The notes beneath the pieces were generated by a model. That model was not told where the DNA came from, searched no databases, and was given only the letters and a program-made list of their open reading frames with translations. A program made the position numbers and the translations under genes. A DNA stretch of 64,000 nucleotides from Psammoneis japonica (Eukaryota). The DNA is taken from NCBI GenBank assembly GCA_008632985.1, contig QPGO01000014.1, positions 634,289-698,288 of the forward strand, in the 5' to 3' direction. This document shows, piece after piece, positions 48,282 to 60,267 of the stretch (its first letter is position 1; every line of letters starts with the position of its first letter).

Positions 48282-51200
48282 ATGGCACCCAAACAACACG
48301 TTGACGGTGAAACGAGGACGAGCCGTGTCGTTGGCTCGGTTGATTTTGTTCGTCCGCAGTTGCCTTACGATGACGACCAAGCCACCAACAACAAGTCGCT
48401 CCGTGTCATTCGTGGTGTCCGTTCGTCCATGCCCTTTTGCATCAAGTACGTGTCAGAGAAACGACAAGACGATGATGACAACAAAATAACAGAGATTTCA
48501 AACGACGTATTTCGCCAAGTCGATGAGAGCTTAAATACGTTCAAGGCAGATAGTGAAATTTCACAGCTAAACAATCTCCCGGCCAATCAAGCGCATGTCA
48601 TGTCTCCTGTGTTACAGCAAGTGGTACTTGCCGCCAAGGAAATGGTCAAGACGACACGGGGAGCCTTTGATCCTACCGTTGGACCGCTGTTGGAACATTA
48701 TGAGCATTTCGCCAGAAAAAAGGCAGTAGAGATAAGCATGAGTGATCGAGAATCGGTGCGCATGAAGAAGGACGTTATTGGAGCGTGGCAAGAATTGCTG
48801 CAACGCGGATTTGGAGATGAGACCGATGCCAGTGTTTCCAAAAAGGTGGAAACGCTCTTACGGTATAGTCAGTGGCGATATGCCTTTTCGGTGGGATACT
48901 TTGACCAGGCAAATCAGAAGATTCGCGACCTTGCCTTGGAGCACTTGGAGAATCCGCACAAGGATGAACCCGTCAAGATTGCCAAGCTTCACCCAGACGC
49001 AAAGCTAGATTTGAATGGAATTGCCAAGGGATGGGCTGTGGATGAAATTGCCCAGCGACTTCCTTCACCGTGTTATGTGGAGTGGGGTGGTGACATTAAA
49101 GTTCGTGGATCTCATCCGAGTGGCAGGTGAGTTTCAATGTATTTTATTGTATGAGTTATGAGTTGTTATCCATTGCTATAATGTCTGATTGTATATTATT
49201 GTTTGCCCATACGACTTTCTTGATTTTGGCAGGCCGTGGGTTGTAGGAATTCCCGAGCCACCAAGCCTTGCGCAGCTCTATGAACGCGTTCAGCTTGCCA
49301 AGAGCGAGGGTCAAGAGGGACCCACCTTTAACCTTGCCAAGTACAATGAAACAGATGAAGCCTCCGAGTACTTGGCAGCATTGGAACTCCAAGATGGCGA
49401 TGCGGTTGCGACATCGGGAGATTACGAAAAGGTGATTGAAAAAGACGGCAAACTCTACTCCCATGTCATTAGTTCCAGTCTAGGTCGCTTGTTGGAATTG
49501 AATCCAGTCACGCTGGCACAGTCGGTTGTTGTGAGCAGGTCTTGCATGTTTGCCGACGCATTCGCCACTGCGGCCATGTCCAAGGAAGATCCAACCAAGG
49601 CTCGCATCATGCTGGAACCCTTTCGAACGGGCTTTCGGGATCCCGTGTCGGATTTCTTGCTATACTCGAGGAATGGTCCTCGAATCATTCGCATGTCGGT
49701 ACCGGGTTTGGAAAGCAAGATTGACAGAGACAAGAGGTTGAAACATGTGGAACCCGCCTTGGTGGTTGTCGTGGGAAGTGGCTTGGCTGGCATGAGTGCG
49801 GCGATTGAAGCCGCCGATGCCGGTGCAACAGTCATTATTTTGGAAAAGGAAAAGAAAACGGGCGGCAACTCGGCCAAGGCTACTAGTGGAATCAATGCAT
49901 GGGGTACAGAGACACAAGCTCATCATGGCGTTGCCGACGAGGAGAGGCTCTTTGAGCGTGACACTTTTCGAAGCGGCAAGGGCGGAGATAGTACGTCCCT
50001 GCCAAGCTTGGTCAGGACCTTATCAACTCAGTCGGCTCCAGCCATTCATTGGCTCAAGAAGCGCTTTAACATTCCTCTTACCGTGCTATCCCAACTCGGT
50101 GGGCATTCGGCAAAACGGACACACCGAGCTCCTCCCGATGAGCATGGTCGCCCACAGCCCATTGGATACCTCATTACGAAAACGCTCAAGGAAGCAATCG
50201 ACACTCAATACGAGAACATTGAAGTTCGCTGTGGCCAAGCAGTCACACGCCTCTTGTATGAAATTGGCGACGATGGCGTCAAGACAGTGACGGGAGTCGA
50301 AATCAACGGTTCCGAGTCTCTTGCTGCCGATGCCGTCATTCTTACAACGGGTGGCTTTGGTTGTGACCGATCCGAGAATGGTTTGATGAGTCGATTCCGC
50401 CCTGACCTGTTGGGAACTCCAACCACCAATGGCCCCTTTGCGCAAGGAGATGGTGTCCACCTGGGCGAAGAGGTCGGCGCTGAGTTGATTGACATGGACA
50501 AAGTACAGCTTCACCCAACTGGGTTCATTGATCCCAAGGATCCTTCCAGTCCAACAAAATACTTGGCTCCGGAAATGATTCGAGGTTCGGGAGGCATTCT
50601 CGTAAATAGCGCCGGAAAGCGATTTGTAAATGAACTCGATTTGCGTTCTGTCGTTGCCAAGGCCATTCAAGACCATTGTTCACCATTTGTTAGTGATGAC
50701 TATGTTGGTCCGCCTTTTGCGTGGTGCATTTTGAGTACCCAGGCACAGGAACTGTTTGGTTTGCCTACTCTGAGCTTCTACAAAGACCGGCTTGGTCTTT
50801 TCGAGACCTGCAAAGACGTCAAGGAAGCAGCGGCTTTGATTGGATGTAGCGAATCTGACCTCAACGAGACGCTGTCGGATTATTCGCATGCAAGGAACAT
50901 TGGGGCCTGCTTCACTACGCACAAGGATGTTTTTCCGGCAGAGCTGTCGCCCGATGCAAAAGACATGGTATTGGCGCGAGTCACCCCATCTGTGCATTAC
51001 ACAATGGGAGGGATTGCGATCAACTCGGCAGCGGAAGTTCAAGAGAGAATCGATGGGACTGTCGGGCACCATCGTCTTATCCGGCGGCTCTTTGCAGCCG
51101 GCGAAGTCGCTGGAGGAGTTCACGGCAACAACAGACTAGGCGGGAATTCCCTCCTGGAGTGCTGTGTGTTTGGCCGAATTGCGGGTGAGTAATGTAAAGA

Positions 51201-52242
51201 ATTGGTGTTCTTTGTTTGTGTTTCAATGTACCCAACTCATCTGTTTCTCTTACGATTGTTTCATCGTAGGTGGACGTGCCGCCACTGTCAAACATGCTCG
51301 CGACTCCATGTTTTTGGACGCCGGAGATGAAGACAAAGATACAAATTGGCTTCCCTTGGTACTCCGCGAAGTACGCAACACGGATGCCAAGTATGGCATA
51401 AACACGCGTGAGGTGCGTTTCAATCTCAACGGCGCGTTGCAAAACTCTGGTCTAGACGTTGGCCAATTCATCGGTCTCCGCGGTGAACTAGACGGTGAGA
51501 CATTGATGGGCTACTTTTCTCCCATAACCCGTCCCAATGACGTTGGGGTGATTGGTATTTTGTGCCGGACCGACGCCAAAGGTGGACCAATCACAAAGCT
51601 TCTAGATCGTTTACGACCTGGTAGTGTAATGTACATGTCCGCATTGGGCGGCTTGCGGCTGAGGTTCACGGATCAGGGCATTTTCTTTCGAGAGAAGAAG
51701 GTGTCAAGGATTGGACTACTAGCAGGTGGTACAGGAATCGCTCCCATGCTGCAAATCATTCGAGTATTCGGGGAGTATGGACGAAGCCACCCTGAGCACA
51801 TTGGAGATGGTGCTCTTAACCTGATCTATGCGGCCGAGGCAGAGAGTGATTTGGCCTACATGAAGATTCTGGATGATGTAAGGGACTCGGATCCCGAACA
51901 TTTCAGATACCATGTCTTTCTCAATCAGCCTCCGCTTGGCTGGACGGTAAGTCGGTCTATCCAAACTCTACACAGCGTTTTTGGATTCCAATTTTCGCTC
52001 CTTCCTTTCTCATTGCTTGCATCTTTTCTCTTCTTTCGTTGGTTTAGGAGGGAGTTGGGTTCGTTGAGCCCAAGGATATCAAGAAGCACTTGATTTATCC
52101 TCCCGAACCTGGAGATATCGTTGTAATGTGCGGACCGCCGATCTTTGAAGCAGCCATGACCAAATCTTTGGCTCGACTCGGCTTTGAGCCCGACCAATTA
52201 TTCTCCTTCTCCCAGAATGACAAAGTCACTTCTCGCTCTTAG
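48282..52242 (+). CDS. Kinetoplastid-type NADH-dependent fumarate reductase: ApbE + FRD flavoprotein + cytochrome b5 reductase-like domains; 4 exons
   Basis: Introns 49127-49232, 51185-51269, 51947-52047. ApbE: GAFDPTVGPL, LDLNGIAKGWAVD, VATSGDYE, ADAFATA. FRD: VVGSGLAG, GGNSAKATSGIN, VQLHPTG, HYTMGG, GVHGNNRLGGNSLLEC. Cb5R: AGGTGIAPMLQ, MCGPP. Confidence 0.92.
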
Positions 52243-52526
52243 TCTCTACCGGTAGTCTCAACTAGAGTAGAGGTAGATAGTACCTATGATTGAGCGAATT
52301 AGATATGTATGAGTAGTGTACATGGTGTTGAATGACAAAAGTACATAATGCTGGATGGTACCAGGAAAATACAGTGCGTGTCGGTGACCGTGACTACTTC
52401 GAACTAGTTTCTGCTTGGCTCTCGAGGAGTCTGAAGTCGTGGACTCTAGCTAGAGAATGAAGCAACTGATTTGGCCGTTACGATGCTAGAGTTACACAGC
52501 AATGCCGAATTTAAAGATAAAACACA

Positions 52527-54466
52527 TTACAATGATCTCAACAAAGATTGGAGACGCTCATTGTGCAATTCATAAAACCGTTCCAAAAGAGCCAGCGTGT
52601 CCTGGTCAACAATGGCATCCGAATCATAGTCCCGTTGATTCTTTGGGCTAACGTTGGGAATATCGAAATGAGGAATGTCCAAATGATCCCATACCCGTTC
52701 CAAAATACTAGAGGGATCTCTGGACATTTCGTCTAAATCAATAATGCAAAACTGGGCGTGGCAGAAATGCTCCATCCATGTTTGGATCTGTAACGCATAC
52801 ATTCCTCGTGCCAACAAGGAATGGGAGCCGGTATTGAGCGGTACGGTTTTTTTCAAATACGTCATCCAAGCTTCCTGTTCAAATGTCGTATTGATGAATT
52901 GGTTCCATACGTGTCGATCGACCGTGCCATTCTCCATGTTCCAGTAAGGAATGAGTCCACACTGACGCATTTGCTGCAGTTCCTCCTGGACGACTTGTTC
53001 AAACGACTTGTTGCGCCATTCCACACCGCGTGTTTTCAATTGCTGAGGTGTCCCGTCGCTGCTAGTCACCATGGCATAATGAGATACAGCCCGATGAATG
53101 GGATTTCGCGTCAAGACAAAAAACTTGATACTCGCATAGTGCAAAAAGACTTGTTTCAAGCGGGAAATGACCCGTGGTGCATCCAAGAGATAGGACGGAG
53201 TGGAGTCTCCCGTCAAGCACGATGGGTGACGTTTCAATTCCTCGGTATGATAAAACTTCAAGCAATGTTCTTGATGCTTCCGCGTCTCGTCGTCCTTGGC
53301 ATCTTGCTTCCATCGCCAATCCAAACAATGTGTTTCACGTCGCTTGGCTTGAATGATAAGTGGGTGCTGAATCATGTAATTGTACAGAGATGTGGTCCCG
53401 GCCTTTTGTGCACCCAATATGAAAAACGACGGTGTAGGACGTGATCCCATATCCACCAAACGATCAATCGACCGCCTTGTCTGTACCAACTGCTCTCCAG
53501 GCTGCAACTGGTGTCGCTTCTCGACAACATGGTCGTTATCGACGTAATCCAATATCAAGTGCACACGATGATTGACAGTACAGCAGTTGGATACTGCGTG
53601 CTTGGCTTGGTTGTTGATTTCAAAGACATGACCCGGAGTGCAGGTATGCGTTTCATATCCTGCACGGTAGGACCGCAGGTAAAGAGCACCTTGTTGGGAT
53701 CATTCACAAGAACTGGAACATGAACACGATGAGTGTGTTTTACCCAGGACCCTGTGTCGTGATGTGTTGGTATAGTTGTACTGGGAGGAAGATTTGCCAG
53801 CAACAAACGCACCACTTGGATAGGATGAATCTCAAGCGTGTGCAGAATGGGTAGGATTGCTTGTCGAATGTCAGACTGAGCATGCCACCACGGCATTCGT
53901 AAACCTTGGAAAGAAAGTCGTCGCAAAAGATCAAAACAATCTTTCCAATCCCCCATCCATCATGGGACGGTCGTGTTACCGCAACATTGTTTCTTCGCGC
54001 ATTCTGGGGATCCCAAAATTGTTCTGGATCGTGTGTGAGAGGAACATTGAGTTTCGGGACTTTCAGGACTCGCATCCGTCTTTTTCTCTTCTTGCTGTTC
54101 GTTCTTCTGTTTCAGAGGAACTGTCTTCAAGTCGTTGTACCCTTCTCGCACCAGATTTGCCAAGACAGTCACGTCGACATGGCCTCGCGTAGAAATGCAT
54201 CCATTCCATACACCCGGTATGCCAATGCGAGACGGATCGTTATTGACAGGATCTTGTTTGAACTCCAGAGGAATTTCACCGTATTGTACATATTCATGTG
54301 AAGAGTACTCGTTCTTTAGTATGCAACGACATGCCTCCTCGTGCTGTTTCAGGATCTCCTTGGGAGGTGTTGGCACCATGGTGAGATGCTGTTTCTGTTG
54401 TAGAAGTTGCAGAATTGAAAATGAGAATGCGCCAAGATGTGGTGGAGATCGAGGTAATGAGCTCAT
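52527..54466 (-). CDS. AspH-like 2OG dioxygenase fused to a PAPS sulfotransferase; apparent frameshifts
   Basis: VVRLLLANLPP...IPTHHDTG...HRVHVP, VFEINNQAKHAVSN...RVHLILDY (AspH-like). ILGAQKAGTTSLY and RNPIHRAVSHY (sulfotransferase PAPS motifs). Frame breaks at ~54090, ~53897 and ~53640 without introns. Confidence 0.75.
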
Positions 54467-54679
54467 AAAAATTGCGGGAAACAGGTATATCCCTGCTTAT
54501 TTTTCACGAGCTCTAATTTGCACACGAACCACATGCTGGTCCTCTAAATACGGTTCTGACAGCTATGCAGGACCCGCCAGAGTTGTCGGCACGTTGCGTG
54601 TCCAGAACGGAGCGCTGATAGATACGTACAATCTACGGCAGATTGTACCCTATCACCAGTAAGACATCCTGTCACTTAA

Positions 54680-55617
54680 CCCTTTGACACATGGCCACTA
54701 TTTGGGGCCTGGCCCCAAATAATGCGCCATCCTGATTGGTCTAAATAAATAAATCCATAAGTAAATTTTGGCGGGAAAATAACGGCTAAATCGCTTGTGG
54801 CCTGGCCCCAAATAAGGTTCGAGTGACGAATGTGCTCGAGGCATTGAAAGATTTTAATGGCTGTTTACGTCGATTGTTGCACTGGTGTGTTGAGCGATCA
54901 CACGCGAAAAATCAGACGAGAAAACGAGATTTTTTGCCTCCGCAACAGCGTCCAAAGATGGCGACTCGACCGCCATTTCGGCGGCCGGAGAAAATGGCGG
55001 GAAAGCTGCAACCGTTATGTAGGAATCTCAGATTTCAGAATCATTTGTTGGTGGAAACAAAAAATGAAAAGGAATGGTTGAAAGCACCGTGTGGCAACAA
55101 ATGTCAAACCACCATGAGTTCGATTCTTGTTTTTACTTGTTGACGAAAAGTCAAATCTTACGGCACCAAAATGATCAACAATCAACATGAAAGTTGCGAT
55201 TTAGATTAAATTAAGCATGGTTGTTTTGATCGTGTTGTTTTTATTTATCTCAGACAATGATGAGGTGGTCGCCGTGTCGCCAACCTGACATTGTCAATTT
55301 CCCCCTGATTTGCCGTGTTGTTGCTCGTCTGTGATTGACACACCGTTGATTCGGGTGGAAAACAATTGTGTGGCTAAAGTGTTGACTAACAGACATGTGT
55401 AAATGCATGGAGTTTATGCTGTGAAGACCTGTCAGAACAGAGAGCAATGGGGTCTCGCGTCCTGAAACCGCCATTGTCGAGTCGTCGTGGTTCCCGTTCG
55501 CAAGAGCAGGCGTCGTGCTCAAATCGTGGTCGTCAAGATTCTGTCAGACAAAATGTCTGACCGTTAAATTCTCATTTGGGGCCTGGCCCCAAACAAGCAA
55601 TTTCATGTGTCAAATGG
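54680..55617. mobile_element. Non-autonomous piggyBac-type element (MITE)
   Basis: TIRs CCCTTTGACACATG (54680-54693) and CATGTGTCAAATGG (55604-55617), 13/14 match. Flanked by TTAA (54676-54679) and TTGA (55618-55621). Subterminal palindrome tttggggcctggccccaaa near both ends. Confidence 0.85.
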
Positions 55618-56301
55618 TTGACGGCCCTGATCATGGGGGAGTGTGCAGTGTGCCTCGCCACTGGACAACACGGCGAGACCGTGCATGAGCCCCTTGTGCG
55701 TGGCAACGCAGTGTTGTTGACACGTGCCTGGGAAGCACGACCACAGGAGGGCGTGGCTCTAGGTCTTAGGCAATTCCAGAAGGATGCCAAGAGAGCATCC
55801 GTGTGAAGCACACTAGCCCGTCGTCTGGCCCACGATGGCAGCGTGATTCCACACGATGACATCACTCGTGCATGGCGCGTGATGGCTTGATTCGCACGAT
55901 CCATAATGCGAACGCACGATCGATTTAATATGATCCAAATGCGAACGAACAGGGATTTGGCAAGATTCCCCATTCGCACGATCCCATTTTCTCTACTCTA
56001 AACTAGCTCATAATTTTCACAATGACAAAGTCATAACACATCTTCTTTTTCAGCGCCTGGCACATGCACAGGGCACAGTAATCTGTGCATTTACGTACAT
56101 TTTATACCAGCCGCATCGTAGAGGGGTGTTGTTTGCCGGCCCTGACGAACTCTTTCTCAGACATAAAATGCTTTTCACGACGTTCCGGCACATGACTGCC
56201 GGCTCGGTGGACACTGTTTCGAGTGCGTTTTCACGTAGAGCCTGCTGCAGATGTAGGCGTTCAGATTTAATTCGGTACAAATCTACGCAGCATTTTGCGC
56301 A

Positions 56302-56375
56302 GGGTGCACACGAACCACCAGGTGGTTCGTGTGCACCCAAAAATGCACACGGACCACCAGGTGGTTCGTGTGCAT
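56302..56375. repeat. Two tandem palindromes
   Basis: gggtgcacacgaaccacc-a-ggtggttcgtgtgcaccc (perfect 18 bp arms, 56302-56338) and atgcacacggaccacc-a-ggtggttcgtgtgcat (56343-56375). Confidence 0.95.
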
Positions 56376-56499
56376 GAGCAGGGACACACCGGCAGACCAT
56401 CGCATCCACCGACAAGCTGACCGACCCGTTGACGGGAGGACGCTCCCCCGCCATCTTCTACATCATCATCCTGTTAGCTAGCTAGCCATCTATCATCTC

Positions 56500-59400
56500 G
56501 GTTGCAACACCACACACCATGGCCTCAGACACTGACAGCTTCAAAAGCTCGACAATCTGACAACAGAGTGCTCCCCCCTGACTCTACACTGGTGTCTGCA
56601 AGCCCCGCCACCATGTCTGAACATCTGCTTGGACACGACAATGCGCACCTTGATCCCAAAGAAAGTGTCTGCCGCTGGTGACTCAAATTGGCAGCACTTG
56701 TCATTGTCTTCTCATTCACATCAAAAGATTGTTGCAAGCCACAAGCCACCATGGATGGATGACCTCATGAAGCAACACTGTCCAAATCTTTTTGATGTGG
56801 GGGCGGCGTCTTGGCGTGGTGCTGGACGAGCTGCCGTGACTGCCTTGTGAGATTGCAAAGAGATCCAGCACCTCCAGCTTGTCCTGCAGGCTTCCCAAAG
56901 AGCTGCTCATGCCAGGTGACTTTCTCCCTTGCACATGGCAACCAGAGGCCACACACCCAGCTTCTTGTGGACTTCAGTTTTGTCTGCCATGAAAGTTGGA
57001 GGCACACAACTTTGGCTTCTTGGAGCCAGAGACATGGTTGGAGCAGGAGAATCCAGTGTGCGTTTTGTCATTGTGGGAGCAGTGTTGGATCTCTCAGTGA
57101 GCTGGCAGAGTGCACACTTGCTCCCAAAGGGTCCTGGTGGACCACACAACCAATGTTGGTCTCCAAATCCTGAACAGCAGATTGGTTCGTCATGCACTCA
57201 GAGATGTCAAGAGCCCCAATGCTGACATCTTGAGAGGTGCGGATTGCCTTGTGGCACTGGGGAATGCCACCAAGCTGAGCAAAGGCACATTGGCGGCAAT
57301 TTCATGAGAGTTGCCATCACTTGTGATCCACAGCTTCCCAATCTTGCCAAAAGCAACAGCGCAGCAGCAGTGAGTTGGCTGTTGCCAATGAATGTGTCAT
57401 CAAAGTTTTCAACATGAGCACTGAACACAAGCCTGAAGTTGCTCAAGGCTGCAACAACATCTGACAAGTCTTGAGCACAACTGTGAGCACACAACATTGA
57501 CTTCTTGATCAACTTGGCAGTTGTGGTCTTGGAGTCAGTGTTCATGGAATGGTCGCTGCACTCCTGGCCTTCTTTGACAGAAGTTCTGCAGGTTGACTCT
57601 TGACAAAAGGCAGTGGCAGATGCATTTGGTGGTTGATGTGCAAACTTGAAAGAGAGATGCCATCAGAGAAGCCTTGTTGACACAAGCAGGACAAAGATTC
57701 ACTGCTTGGTCAAAGATGTTCATAGACTTGACGCCATTGAGGGTGAGCAACAATCTCATTGACAAGGCAAGCTCTTTCAGCATTGCTGGACTCTTGGAGG
57801 GCATCAATGAAAACTTGTTTGAGTTCTCTGAGTTCAATGCATCAGATCCAACCCCTTTGTGGCAAAACATTGGCAAAAAATGGGCCTGAATGTCAGCGGC
57901 CCTCTTCTTGAGGTCCTTGTCCTTCTTGGATTTGGGTGCCTTGACTTGGACAGCAGCTCCAAGAGCTTGAGCACCATTTGCGGGATTGGCAGGTTGGCCC
58001 ATTGGAATTGTGGTGCCCAGCGCCTTCCAGGTTGCATCAGAAAATGTCTTGATGGCAGTTTGGACATGACGGTGGCCATCCAAGAAAGGTGCAACTGCCT
58101 GAAATCATTGTCACAAAGTTGCAAATGTTGAGAACAACAAAGTTGTGTTGACAACTTGGAGACCACAGCGGCTTGATCAAAAAGAGGTCCGCCTTTGTTG
58201 AGAGAGCAACCAGCATCATGCTGCTGGATGCAAGCAACACCTTTGTGCCACACATCAAGTGCAGGAAAGTCTGCTGCCATTGTGAGGCAATTTCCACCAG
58301 GAACAAATCCAAGGGTGGGAGTGGCCTGCAGGGACAGGGAGTGGCTGCCGTCTGAAGAGCGGCAAAAATTAGTTGGTCATCCTGAGCAGCAGGGTTTCCG
58401 AAGTGAAGGCATTCAAGAGATGCCGGATCTTGATCACCATCTGCAAGAAGTGGACCTTTGATGTCATCTGGAGGAGTCTGGATCAAGGTGAGTTAAATGT
58501 GATGGTGTCTGCATGACATGCAAGAGTCACAAAGAGTCCTTGGAAACGTTGGCAAGCACTCGACATCAGGACAACTTCCCCGATGGCATCAGAAAAGTTC
58601 ATGGGAACTTGACTTGGTTCCTGTCATCAAATGCGGCCTTTGCAGAACATCAGAAACTGGTTGACCTGACCACAGACATGGTCAGCAAGAGTGCCATTGG
58701 TGCTGCTGCAGTGAAGGACCAGCTCAGACTGGTTGAGAGCAAACTCGGTCTGCACACCCAACTGGGAACAATGCTTGACAAGAAAATTTTTGCCATGCTC
58801 AACAGCAGTGATGACATTGGTGGCCATGGCAGGATGGGAGAAAAGAGAAGACTTGAAAGGCAAGTGCAAAAAGGCAAAACCAAAGTTTTGTGGGAGAGAA
58901 ATGAAGTTTTTGGATGAAAACTTGGCATGAAATGCTGCAGAAATTGCACCGAAAACAGAGTGGCTCAGGGAGATTGCTTTGAACAATCGGGGTTGGATTT
59001 GTGGGGCTTTGCAAGACCAAGAGGAGTGCGGAGCAGGTCAAAATTTTGACGAACTGAAAGAGAAATGGAGGGAAAATTGATCCCGTCCCAAGAGATTTGA
59101 AATCTGGAAAGTTGTGGTCACAGCTTTTCTTGCAGGACACCACAGGACACCACAGAACAAGCAGATGATCTGCCCAGTTGCATCAGGAATCAACATTTAA
59201 GAAACTCCCAGATCAGAGAGGCAAGATGTGCACAAATTTGCATCAGAGTTTGTGCATTGATTTTTGGTCGAGATGGTTGTGGGGAGAGGAATGTCCTCAC
59301 CTTGAACACTCCAGGACAAAGCATCATGTTCAGAACACAACACAGCACAAAAGTGATTCATGTGAACCATTGCAATGGTCAGAACACAGTCTGTTTGTGA

Positions 59401-60000
59401 ATCAACATGGGACAGATGTGAGGTCTGATGACCACAATGGCGGATGAAAAAAGGAGAGAGTGCGACACAGAGGCCGATTTGGCAGAGTGATCTGACAATG
59501 CAGGGCAAGACCTGGACAGTGTCAGGCCATGTTGTCAACATGCTTGCATTCTGATGTTGAGATCAAACAAAATGAGGCAGATCACAGTGCAATCCTGATC
59601 AATTGGCTCGCAGGAATTGTCCGGATCCAACATGATCAAAGAGGGTGTTTGCGGCGGGAGTTTTCCCAGCCCACCAAAAACAAAGAAACACCGAACTGCA
59701 TTGTTCACACTCTGAAGAGATGAGTTGGGAGCAGCAAGAGCAGTGCAGGCATCATGAACAATTGGCTTGGCTTGTGGAATGTGTCGGATCAAAGTCGACG
59801 GCTGATTCATCACAGTTTGGCAGGCTGATCAAGATGATCAAGCCAAAATCCATGGATCAAGCAGCACCATGCACAGCTCATGGGGGCAATTGCACGAGGC
59901 ATGCCACTCGGCAGAAGCAATTTTTCAGCATTGTCGGCCCATGTTGGGTCGACGCAACTGATCCCATCGTCACCGGTGGTCCACCAAACACAATGAGGGG
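56500..60000. mobile_element. Unclassified heavily mutated transposon relic
   Basis: 3.5 kb with almost no TpA and few CpG, many broken ORFs, CpG/TpA-retaining flanks on both sides; no domain recognised. Confidence 0.5.
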
Positions 60001-60267
60001 AATAACTGGTGCGGCCCGCCTCTCGTCGTCGTCCGTCGTCTGTCTGCCTGCGTCCTACTACGCGCTACTATCGCTCGCGCGGTGACTCCGCCAAGAGCAC
60101 GGCCGCCCACAAGGTATCCTCTCCATGTGCTGGGCCACACCGTCTTGGCACTGACCATTTTTTCACGCGATGACGATGGTACTTGCGACGAGACCTGAGT
60201 TTTGTTCCTTCTTATAAAGGCCTCGATAGCATAGCTGAAGCGTCCCCATCAATTTTGAGAGAAAAAG

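Noticed and set aside
52225..52242. Peroxisomal PTS1 on the fumarate reductase, as in glycosomal FRDg
   Set aside because: The C-terminus reads -SRS, not a canonical PTS1; unsupported unless a sequence error hides SRL.
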